Positions 40,481 through 54,158 of a DNA stretch of 64,000 nucleotides are shown one piece after another (the stretch's first letter is position 1; each line of letters starts with the position of its first letter). A program made the position numbers and the translations under genes. This DNA is from Octopus bimaculoides (taxonomy: Eukaryota), in NCBI RefSeq assembly GCF_001194135.2, contig NC_069001.1, positions 35,404,190-35,468,189 on the forward strand. Reading direction: 5' to 3'. The notes under the pieces were generated by a model. It was not told the DNA's origin. It ran no database searches and saw nothing but the letters and a program-made list of their open reading frames with translations.

Positions 40481-41414
40481 TTTTGGGGAAGAATTGATAT
40501 GTAAGAGGGATTGTCATTGTTTCACCCCAGGTCTGACCTGATTGAGTTGATGTATGATCAAAAATTGAGCAGAACTCTGATCAAAGATTGACCAGCTTTC
40601 ATGAATCATGACTACCACCTTCACTTTGATATAGTGTAAAATTTTTGCTCTCTCTATTTCGTCTTTTTCATTCTTTGCTTCCTCTTTCTTTGTTCAATTC
40701 CCACACTACTCTCACAACCTCTCCCTCCTCACATTCCACAACACTTCATTTTATTCTTCATTGGTCTGTTCACACCCAAAGCCACAACAGTTCCATTATC
40801 TTCCCCACTCTTTGACTAAAGTCAAGAGATTGAAACATTAAATTCTTCCCTCTTTACAACAATTTACTATAACAAACACTTCTATGGCTTCTCCATTAAG
40901 CTATTTTGTTCAAGAATACATTTATTTCAACACATTTCATACTTTACTTAAATCCACACCAAATTCTTCTCCAGTTATTCCATGCTACAGAACTATGCCA
41001 CATTTTCACTTCCATTTCCATTTCCTGTCATAAAAGACGGAAACTATAGACACTTAATCCTCACCATAAGCATACAAGTAAATACAGGGAAAAGACAACA
41101 CTTCATAATCCTCGTTCTTGACGAACAAAAGCTTGAAACATTAAATTCTTCAATGTTTAAGGTAACGTAACTTAAAAACTCTTCTACAAATTCTCCTGAT
41201 CTAGTTTGCTCTGGTATACTCTTACTTCAGCATTTTTGTCATATTTTACCAAAAGCCACATCAAATTCTTTCCCAGTTATTTCAAGATCAAGATCTCACA
41301 TCTTTAAATTCTTCACTTTCGACAATTCACCTTAACAAGTTCTTCTGCAAATTGCCTTCTAAACAAGTTTGCTCTCAAATATACCAATTCCAGCACTCGT
41401 GCCATATATCCCTG

Positions 41415-42030
41415 CACATGTTCAGTCTACTGCTAGATGAAGGCCTCAATATTTCCTCTCTGCCAACCATAGTCTGATGGTTTTCTCATTCATGTTTCCA
41501 TGCTGAAGAATTTACCAAAGTCTTCATTCCAACTTCTGCATGGTTCTCCCCTCCTTCTTTCGTCTGGATGTGGTGTCTACTTTGTCAGTTTGATATTCCA
41601 TTCATTGTTCCTTCTAAACAGATGTCCCACAAAAGACCATCTTAGAGTTTCTATTTTCCAGATAATATCCATTAAATCTGTTGCCACACTTTTCCTGTTG
41701 TTTCTCCACTAATTCATCGTGTTTAATCTTCAGCATTCTCCTTTCCATCACTCTTTGTGTTGATCTTAATCTAATTTCAGTGTTCTTGTTGGTAGTCCAT
41801 ATTCCTGGTGCATCCTAAATGGTAGGCACCATACACTGGTTGAAGACCTTTCTTTTTAGACAAATGGTTAAATTACTGCTCAGGATGTGATTCAATTTAC
41901 CAAAGGATGCCCATCCTGATTGCTTGTGTCCATCATTCAATTTCTTTGGACTAATTTGTAACCTTTAAGCAGAATTATTTGTCCTAGACAGCTGTAATGG
42001 TTCCCATGTTCGAATATTTCATCATCTATT
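41415..42030 (-). pseudogene. Older RTE-clade LINE ORF2 C-terminal fragment
   Basis: Decayed translation ...KEKVFNQCMVPT...WTTNKNTEIRLRSTQRVMERRMLKI...GEPCRSWNED...EAFI*Q*T matches the RTE pattern KVFNQCVLP..W..K...QRAMERAML...GRP..RW.DD...EAYVQQW. Confidence 0.75.
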
Positions 42031-42195
42031 ACTATATTTCCAGTTTTGTCATATTCTACTGAACCCAGTTATTCCAATTTGCAGAACGCTACCATATTAC
42101 AGCTTCCATTTCATGCCATTCTCAAGGCTAATATCATGATAACTTAAACCTCTTATCATAAATACATACATCAGACACAGTTAGTAGGTAACACT

Positions 42196-42424
42196 TTAAC
42201 CCTTTCATTACTGTATTTATTTTGAGATGCTCTGTGTTTCTTTCAATTAATTTTAAATATAACAAAGAATTTAGTAAAATAACTTAGTTATTATTCAGCT
42301 GATGTTAGGCACATAAATTGTGACTAAGGTTTGGTGGAAGATTTTAATTCAGAACTTATGAAAACAAGACATTTGTGTTCAGAGCCAGAGCCAGTTTCAG
42401 CTGGGTTGGTAACAAAAGGGTTAA
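42196..42424. mobile_element. piggyBac-like MITE family 1, complete copy
   Basis: TTAA(42196)-CCCTTTCATTACT ... GGTAACAAAAGGG-TTAA(42421). Confidence 0.8.
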
Positions 42425-44256
42425 ATTTCTCATTCTTGAACACCAAAATATCAAAACTTTAAATTCTTCATTCAAAACAGTTCACCATAAAATCTTGTAT
42501 GAATTCTCTTCAGAGCTACTATACTCTAGAATACAATTTCTTCATTCATTTCATATTTTACTTCAATTCATATCCAATTCTGTCCTTGTTATTCCAAGAC
42601 TAAAAGCTCAAAAATTTTTAATTCTTCATTCATGGCAGTTAACTTTAAACTCTTCAGTGAATTCTCGTTAGAGTCACTAAACTCTAGAATATTCTAACTT
42701 CAACACTGATTTCATTATTTTACTTCAATTCATACCAAATTCTTTCCCAATTATTCCAATATACAGACCAGTGCCACGTCTCAGCTTTTTGCTTCCATTC
42801 CATATCGTCCTAAAGACAAACTGAAACCATGGTAACTTTACCATAGTAACTATAAATGCGTAAATAGATAGAATCTGAATGTATTGTGTACTGGAATCTA
42901 TTCTATGGTTCATTTTGGATTTAGTAGATAGGAAAGATGAAAGATAAAAAAAAAAGAAGAAAAAAATACAATAAAATAAAAGTGAAGAAAAATAAATGGT
43001 TGTCTGTTATAAATAACGAAGAATCCTGCAATGAATGATTTCCTGTTAGCATTGAACTGCATTGCTTTTCAATCATAAATAAGTTGTAGAAATAGAATTC
43101 AAGCTGGTCTGCATTCTATATTTGTTGACCAACTGACCTCTAAGCAAGATTGTTGTTTGAATGTTTGAAGAGTTCCGGCTGGAAGGAGACAAAGGTACAT
43201 CTGACTCTCGGAAGTGAAGACAAGATTGGGTCACCGGAATTAGAAAGCTGGAGATAAGTTGGTGTCTGCTAGAGGCAAAAGGATGAGAACATATGTGTAC
43301 ACACACACACACACACACACTCATACACACACATATACATTCTTTTATTCTTTTACTTGTTTCAGTCATTTTAGTGCAGCCATGCTGGAGCACCGCCTTT
43401 AGTCGAACAAACCAACCCCAGGACTTATTGTTTGGAAGCCTAGTACTTATTCTATCAGTCTCTTTTGCTGAACTGCTATGTTACAGGGACATAAACACAC
43501 CAACATCGGTTGTCAAGTGATGGTGGGGGTACAAAGACACACAAACACTCACATACATACATATACACATATATATATATATATATATGTATATNNNNNN
43601 NNNNNNNNNNNNNNNNNNNNNNNNNNNNNNNNNNNNNNNNNNNNNNNNNNNNNNNNNNNNNNNNNNNNNNNNNNNNNNNNNNNNNNNNNNNNNNNNNNNN
43701 NNNNNNNNNNNNNNNNNNNNNNNNNNNNNNNNNNNNNNNNNNNNNNNNNNNNNNNNNNNNNNNNNNNNNNNNNNNNNNNNNNNNNNNNNNNNNNNNNNNN
43801 NNNNNNNNNNNNNNNNNNNNNNNNNNNNNNNNNNNNNNNNNNNNNNNNNNNNNNNNNNNNNNNNNNNNNNNNNNNNNNNNNNNNNNNNNNNNNNNNNNNN
43901 NNNNNNNNNNNNNNNNNNNNNNNNNNNNNNNNNNNNNNNNNNNNNNNNNNNNNNNNNNNNNNNNNNNNNNNNNNNNNNNNNNNNNNNNNNNNNNNNNNNN
44001 NNNNNNNNNNNNNNNNNNNNNNNNNNNNNNNNNNNNNNNNNNNNNNNNNNNNNNNNNNNNNNNNNNNNNNNNNNNNNNNNNNNNNNNNNNNNNNNNNNNN
44101 NNNNNNNNNNNNNNNNNNNNNNNNNNNNNNNNNNNNNNNNNNNNNNNNNNNNNNNNNNNNNNNNNNNNNNNNNNNNNNNNNNNNNNNNNNNNNNNNNNNN
44201 NNNNNNNNNNNNNNNNNNNNNNNNNNNNNNNNNNNNNNNNNNNNNNNNNNNNNNNN

Positions 44257-44317
<61 letters not shown>

Positions 44318-44662
44318 ACTGTTATGTCAGTCCTTCACAGGGTTACCTCCACCAACTGGCTTTGGTACTTATTTCCAGCAGAATGGTCTAAATCAACATG
44401 AAATAATGTGCCTTGCTGGTGGTGATAATGATGATGATGATGATGATGACAGCAGTGACGATGATGATGATGATAAAAAGTTACGATGGCGAGGAAACAA
44501 TAAATCATGCAATATGATTTCTAGTGGTAGAACCAGAAAACAGACCTTGTGGAAATTGTTAATTAAAACGAGTTCTGGCACCGTTTGGCTGGAAACTTGG
44601 CTTTAAAACGATACGTCTCTTTCACTCTGACATTTTTCTAAACAAAAACTGGCCATTCCATG

Positions 44663-44701
<39 letters not shown>

Positions 44702-45739
44702 TTACACACACTTTCACACACACATGCAAACACATGCACACGCATACACACACACATGCGTACACACACATACTTTCACACACACACACATTTTCACACA
44801 CACACATGCACATACACACACGCATGCACACACACGCACGTACACAGACACACACACACATACCTACACCCACACGCACACTCGTGCACATACACATACA
44901 TACTTGCAAACCACACACACACATACACACTATCACCTGCTCACACACGCACACATACACGTACATGCGCGTACACACACACATGCACACAGATACATAC
45001 ATACACCCACCCTAGCACACCCACACAGACACACCCATGCACACACTAACAAGACCCGCAAGAACAAAGTATTTTTCACGCTGTCTACCGACCACTTATA
45101 ATTAAATCAATCAACAGATCAATAAACAATACTTGGTGTCATTACCTATCTACATATCTCTTCTCATGAAATATTTGTTGTCTGATTGCAGAAAGGGGTG
45201 GGGCGCACATGGTGGGTGGCGGGTGGAAGATCTTTCTGTCACATTCTATGCTGATTGAATAAAATGAAGAAATATACTCTTTGTATCGGAGCAGACGCAG
45301 CTGTGCGGTTAAGAAGCTTGCTTTGAAACTGTGTGGTTCAGGTTCAGTCTCACTGTGTGACACCTTGGCTAAGTGTCATCTAATAAAGCCCTGGGTCAAC
45401 CAAAGCCTTGTAAGTGGATTGGATAGATGGAAACTCAAAGAAACTCACTGCATGTATGTCTGTATATATATATATACCACAAGGTATTGAAAATACGTAT
45501 TCGTCTTTATATATTTAATCCTTTATATTGAACACTCAATATTTCGTATATTCAATAAGACATATTCCATATATTCAATAAGACATATTCCATATATTCA
45601 ATAAGACATTCAATACTTCATTTCATTGTACCATCCATTTTTATATTATATATTATATATTCCATATTCTATATCCCACATTAATTTTACAAGAATATAA
45701 ATAAAACATAAAAAACAGAGTTGGAACTCTTTTAAATAA

Positions 45740-45780
<41 letters not shown>

Positions 45781-45782
<2 letters not shown>

Positions 45783-46184
45783 TGCAGGAGTGGCTGTGAG
45801 GTAAGTAGCTTGCTTACCAACCATATAGTTCTGGGTTCATTCCCACTGCGTGGCACCTTGGGCAAGTGTCTTCTACTATAGCCTCGGGCTAACCAAAGCC
45901 TTGTGAGTGGATTTGGTAGACAGAAACTGAAAGAACGCTGTCGTATATATTTATATACATATGTATGCGTGAATGTGTGTGTATATGTTTGTCCCCCCAA
46001 CATCGCTTGACAACCGATGGTGGTGTGTTTACATCCCCGTAACTTAGCGGTTCAGCAAAAGAGACCGATAGAATAAGTACTAGGCTTACAAAGAATAAGT
46101 CCTGGGGTTGATTTGCTCGACCAAAGGTGATGCTCCAGCATGGCCACAGTCAAATGACTGAAACAAGTAAAAGAGTAAAAGAGT
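45781..46184 (+). mobile_element. SINE family A reference copy (tRNA head, CORE-like ccttgggcaagtg motif, internal microsatellite, AAAAGAGT tail)
   Basis: Head ggtgcaggagtggctgtgaggtaag...gggttcattcccactgcg, CpGs retained, about 20 full or partial copies in the window on both strands. Confidence 0.9.
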
Positions 46185-46194
46185 GTATATATAC

Positions 46195-46236
<42 letters not shown>

Positions 46237-46762
46237 TTAATTCACATAAACAAGTAATTAAAAAACAGACAAAAACGAATTTATATATATATATTAAGAA
46301 CTCATTCACTGCTCACTTCCTGTACATTATTCTATGCACTGTTCATGCACTTTGGGCTATTTTTTATGCTGACTTGTTGTGCACCTGAGCACTGCATACA
46401 ATAAGTTCATTTATCATTTTATATCTAATGTATGAAATATATATAATGGCTTCCAAGTTCCTGCTTTTCTTTTTACGTTCTACGTCATAATTCTCGAGAG
46501 GTTCAGTGTAAAAGGTTGACTCAACCTTTTAGCCCTCAGGGATCAATAATAAAAGTATCTATCCTTAGTAACATGGCAGTAAATAGCCTAAGTGATGATA
46601 TTTAGGGTAGTTACTATAGCTATATTCTCTCCACCCTGATACCTGGAGGGAGAAAAAGAAAAAGAAACAGTCGATAAATTATACTCTGTTTAAAAATCAA
46701 TAGCATCTATATATTTATATTTGTCTATGTGATCATACACATTTGCAGATATTTGATCTATA

Positions 46763-46801
<39 letters not shown>

Positions 46802-46993
46802 GTATATGTATATATATGTATATGTATGTGTTTGTGTACATCTATCTATGTGCGTCTATGTATGCATAGATATATAGGTATGTATAGATATATATATGTA
46901 GGTTTATTAGTATACACTCACATCTACTTATATGCATATGCTTACATATCATATTTGTGCATGTATGCAGGGGTGTGTATGTATGTATGTATA

Positions 46994-47033
<40 letters not shown>

Positions 47034-47478
47034 NNNNNNNNNNNNNNNNNNNNNNNNNNNNNNNNNNNNNNNNNNNNNNNNNNNNNNNNNNNNNNNNNNN
47101 NNNNNNNNNNNNNNNNNNNNNNNNNNNNNNNNNNNNNNNNNNNNNNNNNNNNNNNNNNNNNNNNNNNNNNNNNNNNNNNNNNNNNNNNNNNNNNNNNNNN
47201 NNNNNNNNNNNNNNNNNNNNNNNNNNNNNNNNNNNNNNNNNNNNNNNNNNNNNNNNNNNNNNNNNNNNNNNNNNNNNNNNNNNNNNNNNNNNNNNNNNNN
47301 NNNNNNNNNNNNNNNNNNNNNNNNNNNNNNNNNNNNNNNNNNNNNNNNNNNNNNNNNNNNNNNNNNNNNNNNNNNNNNNNNNNNNNNNNNNNNNNNNNNN
47401 NNNNNNNNNNNNNNNNNNNNNNNNNNNNNNNNNNNNNNNNNNNNNNNNNNNNNGTGCAAAGTATGCATGGTGTCATAT

Positions 47479-47526
<48 letters not shown>

Positions 47527-49181
47527 GAGATTATGCTCTCTTTTACAAAAAATTCCCAAATAATTCTAAGGAACCCGGTAAACCGAGAACGTGTATCTAT
47601 GTCTTATGAAACTATGAACTCCACCAACTCTAACATTTCATTACGTAATAATAATAAAAAAAAAAGAGCATGACCTTCCTAATCCGAGTAACCATTAAAA
47701 ACAAAAAAAAAATGAATAAATAAAATACAATAAAATAAAATCGGTCATAAGCAAAGCTCTCTCCTGGTTGGTGCAGCTTCTTCACTCTTTTGCTTGATTT
47801 CATATATACTTTTGGCTTTTTATTTATATTCTTTACTGTTCCCACATGAAACAGGGTCTACAGTTATGGTTATGTGTGAATAAGTATATATATTATTCTT
47901 CTTTTCTTCTTTTACACGTTTCAGTGATTCAACTGCGGCCATGCTGGAGCACCACATTCAAAGTGTTTTAGTCGAAGAAATCGATGCTATGACTTATTCT
48001 TTGTAAACCTAGTATTTATTCTATTGGTCCAGCTTGCTGAACTGCTAACTTATGAGGGACATAAACACACTGTCCGTTTGTCTACTCTTATATCTGTCAT
48101 CTCTTTATCAATCTACCTATCTGTCTGTCTAATTATTTGTCTATCTACCTATCTAGCTACTTTTCTGTTTACTTGTTGATCTATCTATCTGTCTATCTAC
48201 CTATCTATCTACCTTTCTTTTTATCTATCTATCTATCTATCTAGATAGATAGATAGATAGATAGATAGCTAAGAGATGATAAATAGATAGATACCAATGC
48301 TCCCAAATGACAGGTTTGATCATTGTTAAAAGATTTCTTTCACATGAAACCACTGGTACCTTTGTTAACTGACAAATAAAGTATACATAAACACACACAC
48401 ACACATACATAGACACACACACACATACATACCTGCAAAACTTTTCTTAGTTGCAGTTAGCATGTGTAGACGTGCAGCAACTGCAAAATCCAATTACATT
48501 CTACGTGACGAAAATAGCCAATAGAAATTCTTCAAAAGAACATCCACTGCCCATTTCAATTAGATTGCTGTTTAAACAAAGAACCAAGCACTTGGATAAG
48601 TTTGGATGGCATAACAAGAAAAGGAATCTGACATTAAGTGGATGTCCCATCGTCTGAGAAAGAAAATTTTTTATTCATTCTCAGTTCTTTTTGTGTTTTT
48701 TTTCAACTAAATTTTTCTCTCTTGCAGACAAAAAAAAAAATAACTTCATCTTAAGAATGTCAGATTTTTCTTCTTCTTCTCTTGACATATGGACAGCACC
48801 ATATAATTTACTCTGCTGCCAACCACCTCCGGAGTCTTCAGATCCTGTCTTTGTTTAATTATTAGCTGATTGTTGATTCACCCTTTTCATGCCAATCCAT
48901 GTGAGACCACCCCTGCTGGTTCTATGACACAAACTTCCTGTTTTAAAGGGATCTTAATGAAAATGTTTCATCAAAATTTCAGGCTAATTCACGTTTCAAG
49001 CACCAACTTAATAATCTTACATTTTTCTTTTTTTACTTGTTTCAGTAATTAAACTGTGGCCATACTGGGGCACCACTTTGAAGGATGTTTAGTAGGTTGA
49101 CAGCTGGTATTGGTTTGTTATGTCCCCAATAACTTAGTGGTTCAGCAAAAGAGACTGACAAAATAAGCACCAGACTTTTAA

Positions 49182-49238
<57 letters not shown>

Positions 49239-49239
<1 letters not shown>

Positions 49240-49630
49240 GGAAACCAGACATAGTCTTAATTGAGAAAGAAAGCAAACTATGCTGGATCATAGACATAGA
49301 ATGTCCAGCGGACAACAAGGTATGCGATAAGGAAGAAAGAATAGTCGAGAGATATGACAGGTTGGGAAGTTAAGCAGTTGTGGTCGATGAAAAAGGTGGT
49401 AGTAGTAACAATAATTGTCGGAGCCCTGGGAACAGTGAGTAAAATTCTTGAGAAGTACATGGAACAAATAGGGGCTGCAATAAGGGTGGAGCACTTGCAG
49501 AAAACAGCACTGCTTGGAACTACTTGAATACTTTGGATGGTGCTTGAAAAATAAGGGGTGTTACTTTAGTTCACTGGTAGTAGACAGCTAGCACCATAGC
49601 ACGTCTCCAGTGCTGGAAGCTGTGCAAAGA
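49239..49630 (+). mobile_element. 5'-truncated R4/Dong-like retrotransposon: restriction-like endonuclease domain and 3' UTR
   Basis: RKPDIVLIEKESKLCWIIDIECPADNKVCDKEERIVERYDRL/WEVKQLWSMKKVVVVTIIVGALGTVSKILEKYMEQIG...LQKTALLGTT*IL..VLEK* has the PD..D RLE motif and the LQKTALLGT C-terminal motif. One frameshift and one premature stop. (AAT)n on both sides. Confidence 0.9.
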
Positions 49631-49829
49631 TAATAAATAATAATGATGATGATTTCAATTTTTGGTACAAGGCCTGCAATTTCGGGGGTACTTATTTCAT
49701 CAACCATGAATGGAGGAAAGGCTAAGCTTACTTTGATGGAATTTGAATTCAGAATGATGACCAGAATGTCACTAAGCATTTTGTCCAGCATTGTAAGGAT
49801 TCTGCCAGCTCACCGCCTTAATGATGATG

Positions 49830-49863
<34 letters not shown>

Positions 49864-49864
<1 letters not shown>

Positions 49865-50044
49865 CTAAGAATTACCAACAGATTGGGACTGTTGCAGAAA
49901 ACAGCCTTTTTAGGAACAGCAAGGATTCTAAGAGGAGTAATGGAAAGTTGGAGGAGAACGAATGACCTCAAAGGACCTTTGGCCATTTGATATGGTTCTT
50001 TCTTTTGGTATAATATCTGCCAGGAGAAAAGCTTCAATGAAATC
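49864..50044 (+). mobile_element. Second, shorter R4/Dong-like 3' end (different subfamily)
   Basis: LQKTAFLGTARILRGVM motif directly after (AAT)n, ending at aatcaataataataat. Confidence 0.75.
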
Positions 50045-52701
50045 AATAATAATAATCCTTTCTACTAAAGACACAAGGTCAGAAATTTTGAGAGGAGGGG
50101 CGGACTAGTCAATTACATCAAGCACAGTGTTTCACTGGTACTTAATTTATCAACCCCTAAAGAATGAAAACCTGAATTGACTTTGGTGGAATTTGAACTC
50201 AGAATGTAAAGAGAGATGAAATGCTGCTAAGAATTTTGGCCAATGTGCTTACCATTCTGCCAGCTTGCCTATTATAAAAATAGTAGGTACTGGGGTTTAT
50301 TTTGCTCAGCTAGATTCTTCAAGGTGATGCTCCAGCATGGCTGCTGTCCAATGACTGAAACAAGTAGGAGTGAAAAGAGATAAAAATCTAGCAAGGAAAA
50401 TGATAATCCCACCAACCAAACACTACCAAATTTGAAACCAAAGTCAACTTGACTTTCTCCAAATAGCATAGAATTTCTTGAAGTGATTTGTATAGAAATC
50501 TCAAGGAAATGATGGTAAATTGGTGCCTCGTGTTTCTTTCAGGAAGTGGAAGTGGCACCGGGGCCAAATTGCTGTTGCATGCTGCCGGTAGCAGCAGCTG
50601 AGCTAATAGATCACGTCGGTTGTAAGAAAGTGAATTTAACATATTGACGTGGAATGAAAATGAAGCTATGCTGAAAATCAATTGTGGAGTTATTGAACAC
50701 AAAAATGAAACGAAAACAACAAAATAATAATAATAGTAATAATAATAATAATAATAATACTTTCACCGACCGACAGACTTCTATCTCGCTTTAGCCTTCC
50801 ATCTCTTACCATCTCTCTCTCTTTCTTTCTCTCTCTTAATACATCCTTACTCTTTCTCCTTGCTCTTTTTTCACTCTCAACATCTTACACACTCTTCACT
50901 CCCTTGCTCTCTCTCTCTCTCTTTCCTTCTCTGTCTTTCTCCCCTCTCATTCACATGCTCTGTCTCATTACATCTGTCTTTTCTCTCCATTTCTCTCTCT
51001 TTCTCGTTCACCCTCTCTCTAAAGTTCTCACTCATTCTTCTTGATCTCTACTTTCACTTTCATTACTTCACAATCTTCCCAACATCCTTCTACTGTTATC
51101 TCCCTCCCTCTCTCTCTCTCTCATTCTCTCACTGTTTCATTATATCTATCTCAATTTCTCATTTTCTCCATCTCTTTCTCTCCTCTTTCACCCTCTCTAT
51201 CTCCCGGTCACTTCTCACTCCTTCTCCACACTCTCTTGCTCTTTCACTCTCTTCACATTACCTTCTTTCCAACCAACCCTTTGCTCTCTCTCTCTCTCCT
51301 TCTCTCTCGATCCACCCTCTCCCCCACCTCCAACCAACCCTTACTGCGGCATTTACCTATCGGAACACTCTGTAATATATCTTTCTTTGACTGAGAAGAA
51401 AAGATGGAGAAATCCGAGAGATATCAATAAGTTAAGGAAAAGCTGTTGATCAATAGCTACCTGTTAGACACACATGCTATAACTTACCTGTAATTATCTA
51501 TATCTATCTACCTGTCTATCCCTATCTACCTACCTATCTATCAATATCTGCATCTGTGTGTGTGTATGTGTGTAATAGACACGCAAGTTCAAATGCAAAT
51601 AGGTTTTCACTGCACACATGTGATTGTGTGTATGTATGTATGAGTGTATGTGTGTGTATGTGTTTGTTAGTTTGTCTCCATCTATAAATGTGTTTCTAAT
51701 TCTGTATGTGTCTGCATGTGTGTATTGATGTATGTATGTATTGATGTATGTGTGTATGTATTGATGCATATGTGTGCATGTATATATATGTATGTGCGTG
51801 TATATATATATATGTATGTGCAAGTATATATATGTGCATGCATGTATATATATGTATGTGCATGTATTATATATATATGTATATATATATATATAATATA
51901 TATATGCATATATATAATATATATATGTATATATATGCGTGTATATATATATGTACGTGTGTATATATATATATGTATGTGCATGTATATATATGTATGT
52001 GCATCTATTTTTCTATATATATGTATGAATGTATTTACATATGCATCACAATATGAGTTTCTTTCTCCTTCTGTCTGTCTATGTATGTATGTATGTATGC
52101 ATACACATATGCATAAGTAGTCTCTGTATACATTGTGTGTGTGTGTGTGTATATATATGTTTATACATATAGGTGCTTGTATCTCAATCTGTGATTGTGT
52201 TTCTGCTTCTGTCTGTCTGTCTGTAAGCATGTAAGTATGTATGCCTCAATTTGCATATATATTTATACATGTGTATCCATACACCAGCATGCATCTTTGT
52301 ATGTGTCCATGTATGTCCCTTGTAGGTATTCCAGTGTGAATCATTCTGCCTTTATCTGTCTGTACTCACATATGTAGTATATATCTATCATACATATATA
52401 TGTCTTTACCATATGTGTCTCTCTATGTATGTTTTTGTGTCTGGCCATGTGTATGTCTTTTCATGTGCATGCAACCATATTGAAGGTGGTCCATAATTAG
52501 GTAATATTGATGCTAAATACCTTCCTCTCGGTATTAATAACTGCAGCTTCTCATTTCAGCTTTTATTGAATTTCATTACTAGCTTAACTATACACATTCA
52601 CGCAATTAGAGTAAGTCCATCTGTCTGTCTGCATCTTCTTTTCCTTTCACCTACCTGTATATACATATATCTATAATTATATACAATACTGCACACACGT
52701 G

Positions 52702-52773
<72 letters not shown>

Positions 52774-53555
52774 NNNNNNNNNNNNNNNNNNNNNNNNNNN
52801 NNNNNNNNNNNNNNNNNNNNNNNNNNNNNNNNNNNNNNNNNNNNNNNNNNNNNNNNNNNNNNNNNNNNNNNNNNNNNNNNNNNNNNNNNNNNNNNNNNNN
52901 NNNNNNNNNNNNNNNNNNNNNNNNNNNNNNNNNNNNNNNNNNNNNNNNNNNNNNNNNNNNNNNNNNNNNNNNNNNNNNNNNNNNNNNNNNNNNNNNNNNN
53001 NNNNNNNNNNNNNNNNNNNNNNNNNNNNNNNNNNNNNNNNNNNNNNNNNNNNNNNNNNNNNNNNNNNNNNNNNNNNNNNNNNNNNNNNNNNNNNNNNNNN
53101 NNNNNNNNNNNNNNNNNNNNNNNNNNNNNNNNNNNNNNNNNNNNNNNNNNNNNNNNNNNNNNNNNNNNNNTATATATATATATATATATATATATCATCA
53201 TCTTTATCATTTTAACAACTACTTTTCCATGCTTGCATCAGACAGGTGAAGTTTATTGAAGCAGATATTTTCTACGGCTGGTCGCCCTTCCTGTCACCAA
53301 CTCATTCCAGCTTCCAAGCCAACTGATATTTCCTCATGGCCAGACATGTTTTTGCAGAACATTGGAAATGAATGACACTGCTTGTTTGACTGTGACAATC
53401 ATTTGCAACTATCACACTATGTCAAGTCAACATACAATAATGTAAACATACATCAATTTCGGAGATTCCCTATGAAGAAAAATTTCTTTAAAAGCTGTTC
53501 TCCCCATGGTTGCAGCCAAATGATTGAAAGAAGTAAAAGAATAAAGAATAATGAT

Positions 53556-53884
53556 TTAGCCCTTTAGCATCTAGCCATATCCAGCCAAAGTATTGCACCT
53601 GTTTTATGCTCAAACCAGAATAGATCTGACCTTTCTCACCCACCCTCTAATGCCCTTGTTAGAACAAACAATTGCAACATCAGAACCTTACAGCGTCAAG
53701 ATAATGTATGAGACCGATAGAATAAGTACTAGGCTTACAAAGAATAAGTCCTGGGGTCAATTTGCTCGACTAAAGGTGGTGCTCCAGCATGGCCGCAGTC
53801 AAATGACTGAAACAAGTAAAAGAGTAAAAGAGTAAAGAGATAGACATCACAATTGACAAAACTGTTTGAATGCTAAGGGGTTAA
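53556..53884. mobile_element. piggyBac-like MITE family 2 with a 5'-truncated SINE-A (about 53706-53835) inside
   Basis: TTAG-CCCTTTAGCAT ... ATGCTAAGGGG-TTAA termini. The SINE-A 3' half lies between them. Confidence 0.65.
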
Positions 53885-54158
53885 GATAATTTCCAGGAAA
53901 TAAAGATAAAAATATTCCAGAACATGTGACAACATGGTCTCCAAAAGCAAATAAAACAATAAATAAGGGATGCTGTTGCTAGGAATAATTCCGTCCTAGC
54001 AGTTCTGGCTTAGACTCTCCAATGTCTTGACCTCGTAGAAATAGCACCCAAATCTCCCTCGAATCATATTTTACCATCCTGAAAATAAATCAAATGACAT
54101 TGTGCAGCATAGTTGCAGATGTGACAAAAGACAGGATGGTCTCAAGTGGATTGTCTTC

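Larger units (their letters stand above)
40830..42790. repeat. Degenerate ~158-163 bp tandem repeat units (40830-41400 and 42446-42790), interrupted by an RTE fragment and a MITE
   Basis: Anchor aattcttc(a/c) at 40841, 41144, 41307, 42462 and 42620. Shared ccaaattctttcccagttatt.caag motif. Confidence 0.65.

Noticed and set aside
44341-44606. Plus-strand ORF GLPPPTGFGTYFQQNG...(D)n after a CT tract and cag acceptor
   Set aside because: The pyrimidine tract is a microsatellite, the acidic run is a (GAT)n repeat and no family is recognisable.
45551-45610. 23-bp tandem repeat (about 2.6 units); also a 42-bp duplication at 14961-15045
   Set aside because: Ordinary slippage minisatellites with identical units and no spacers, so not CRISPR-like.
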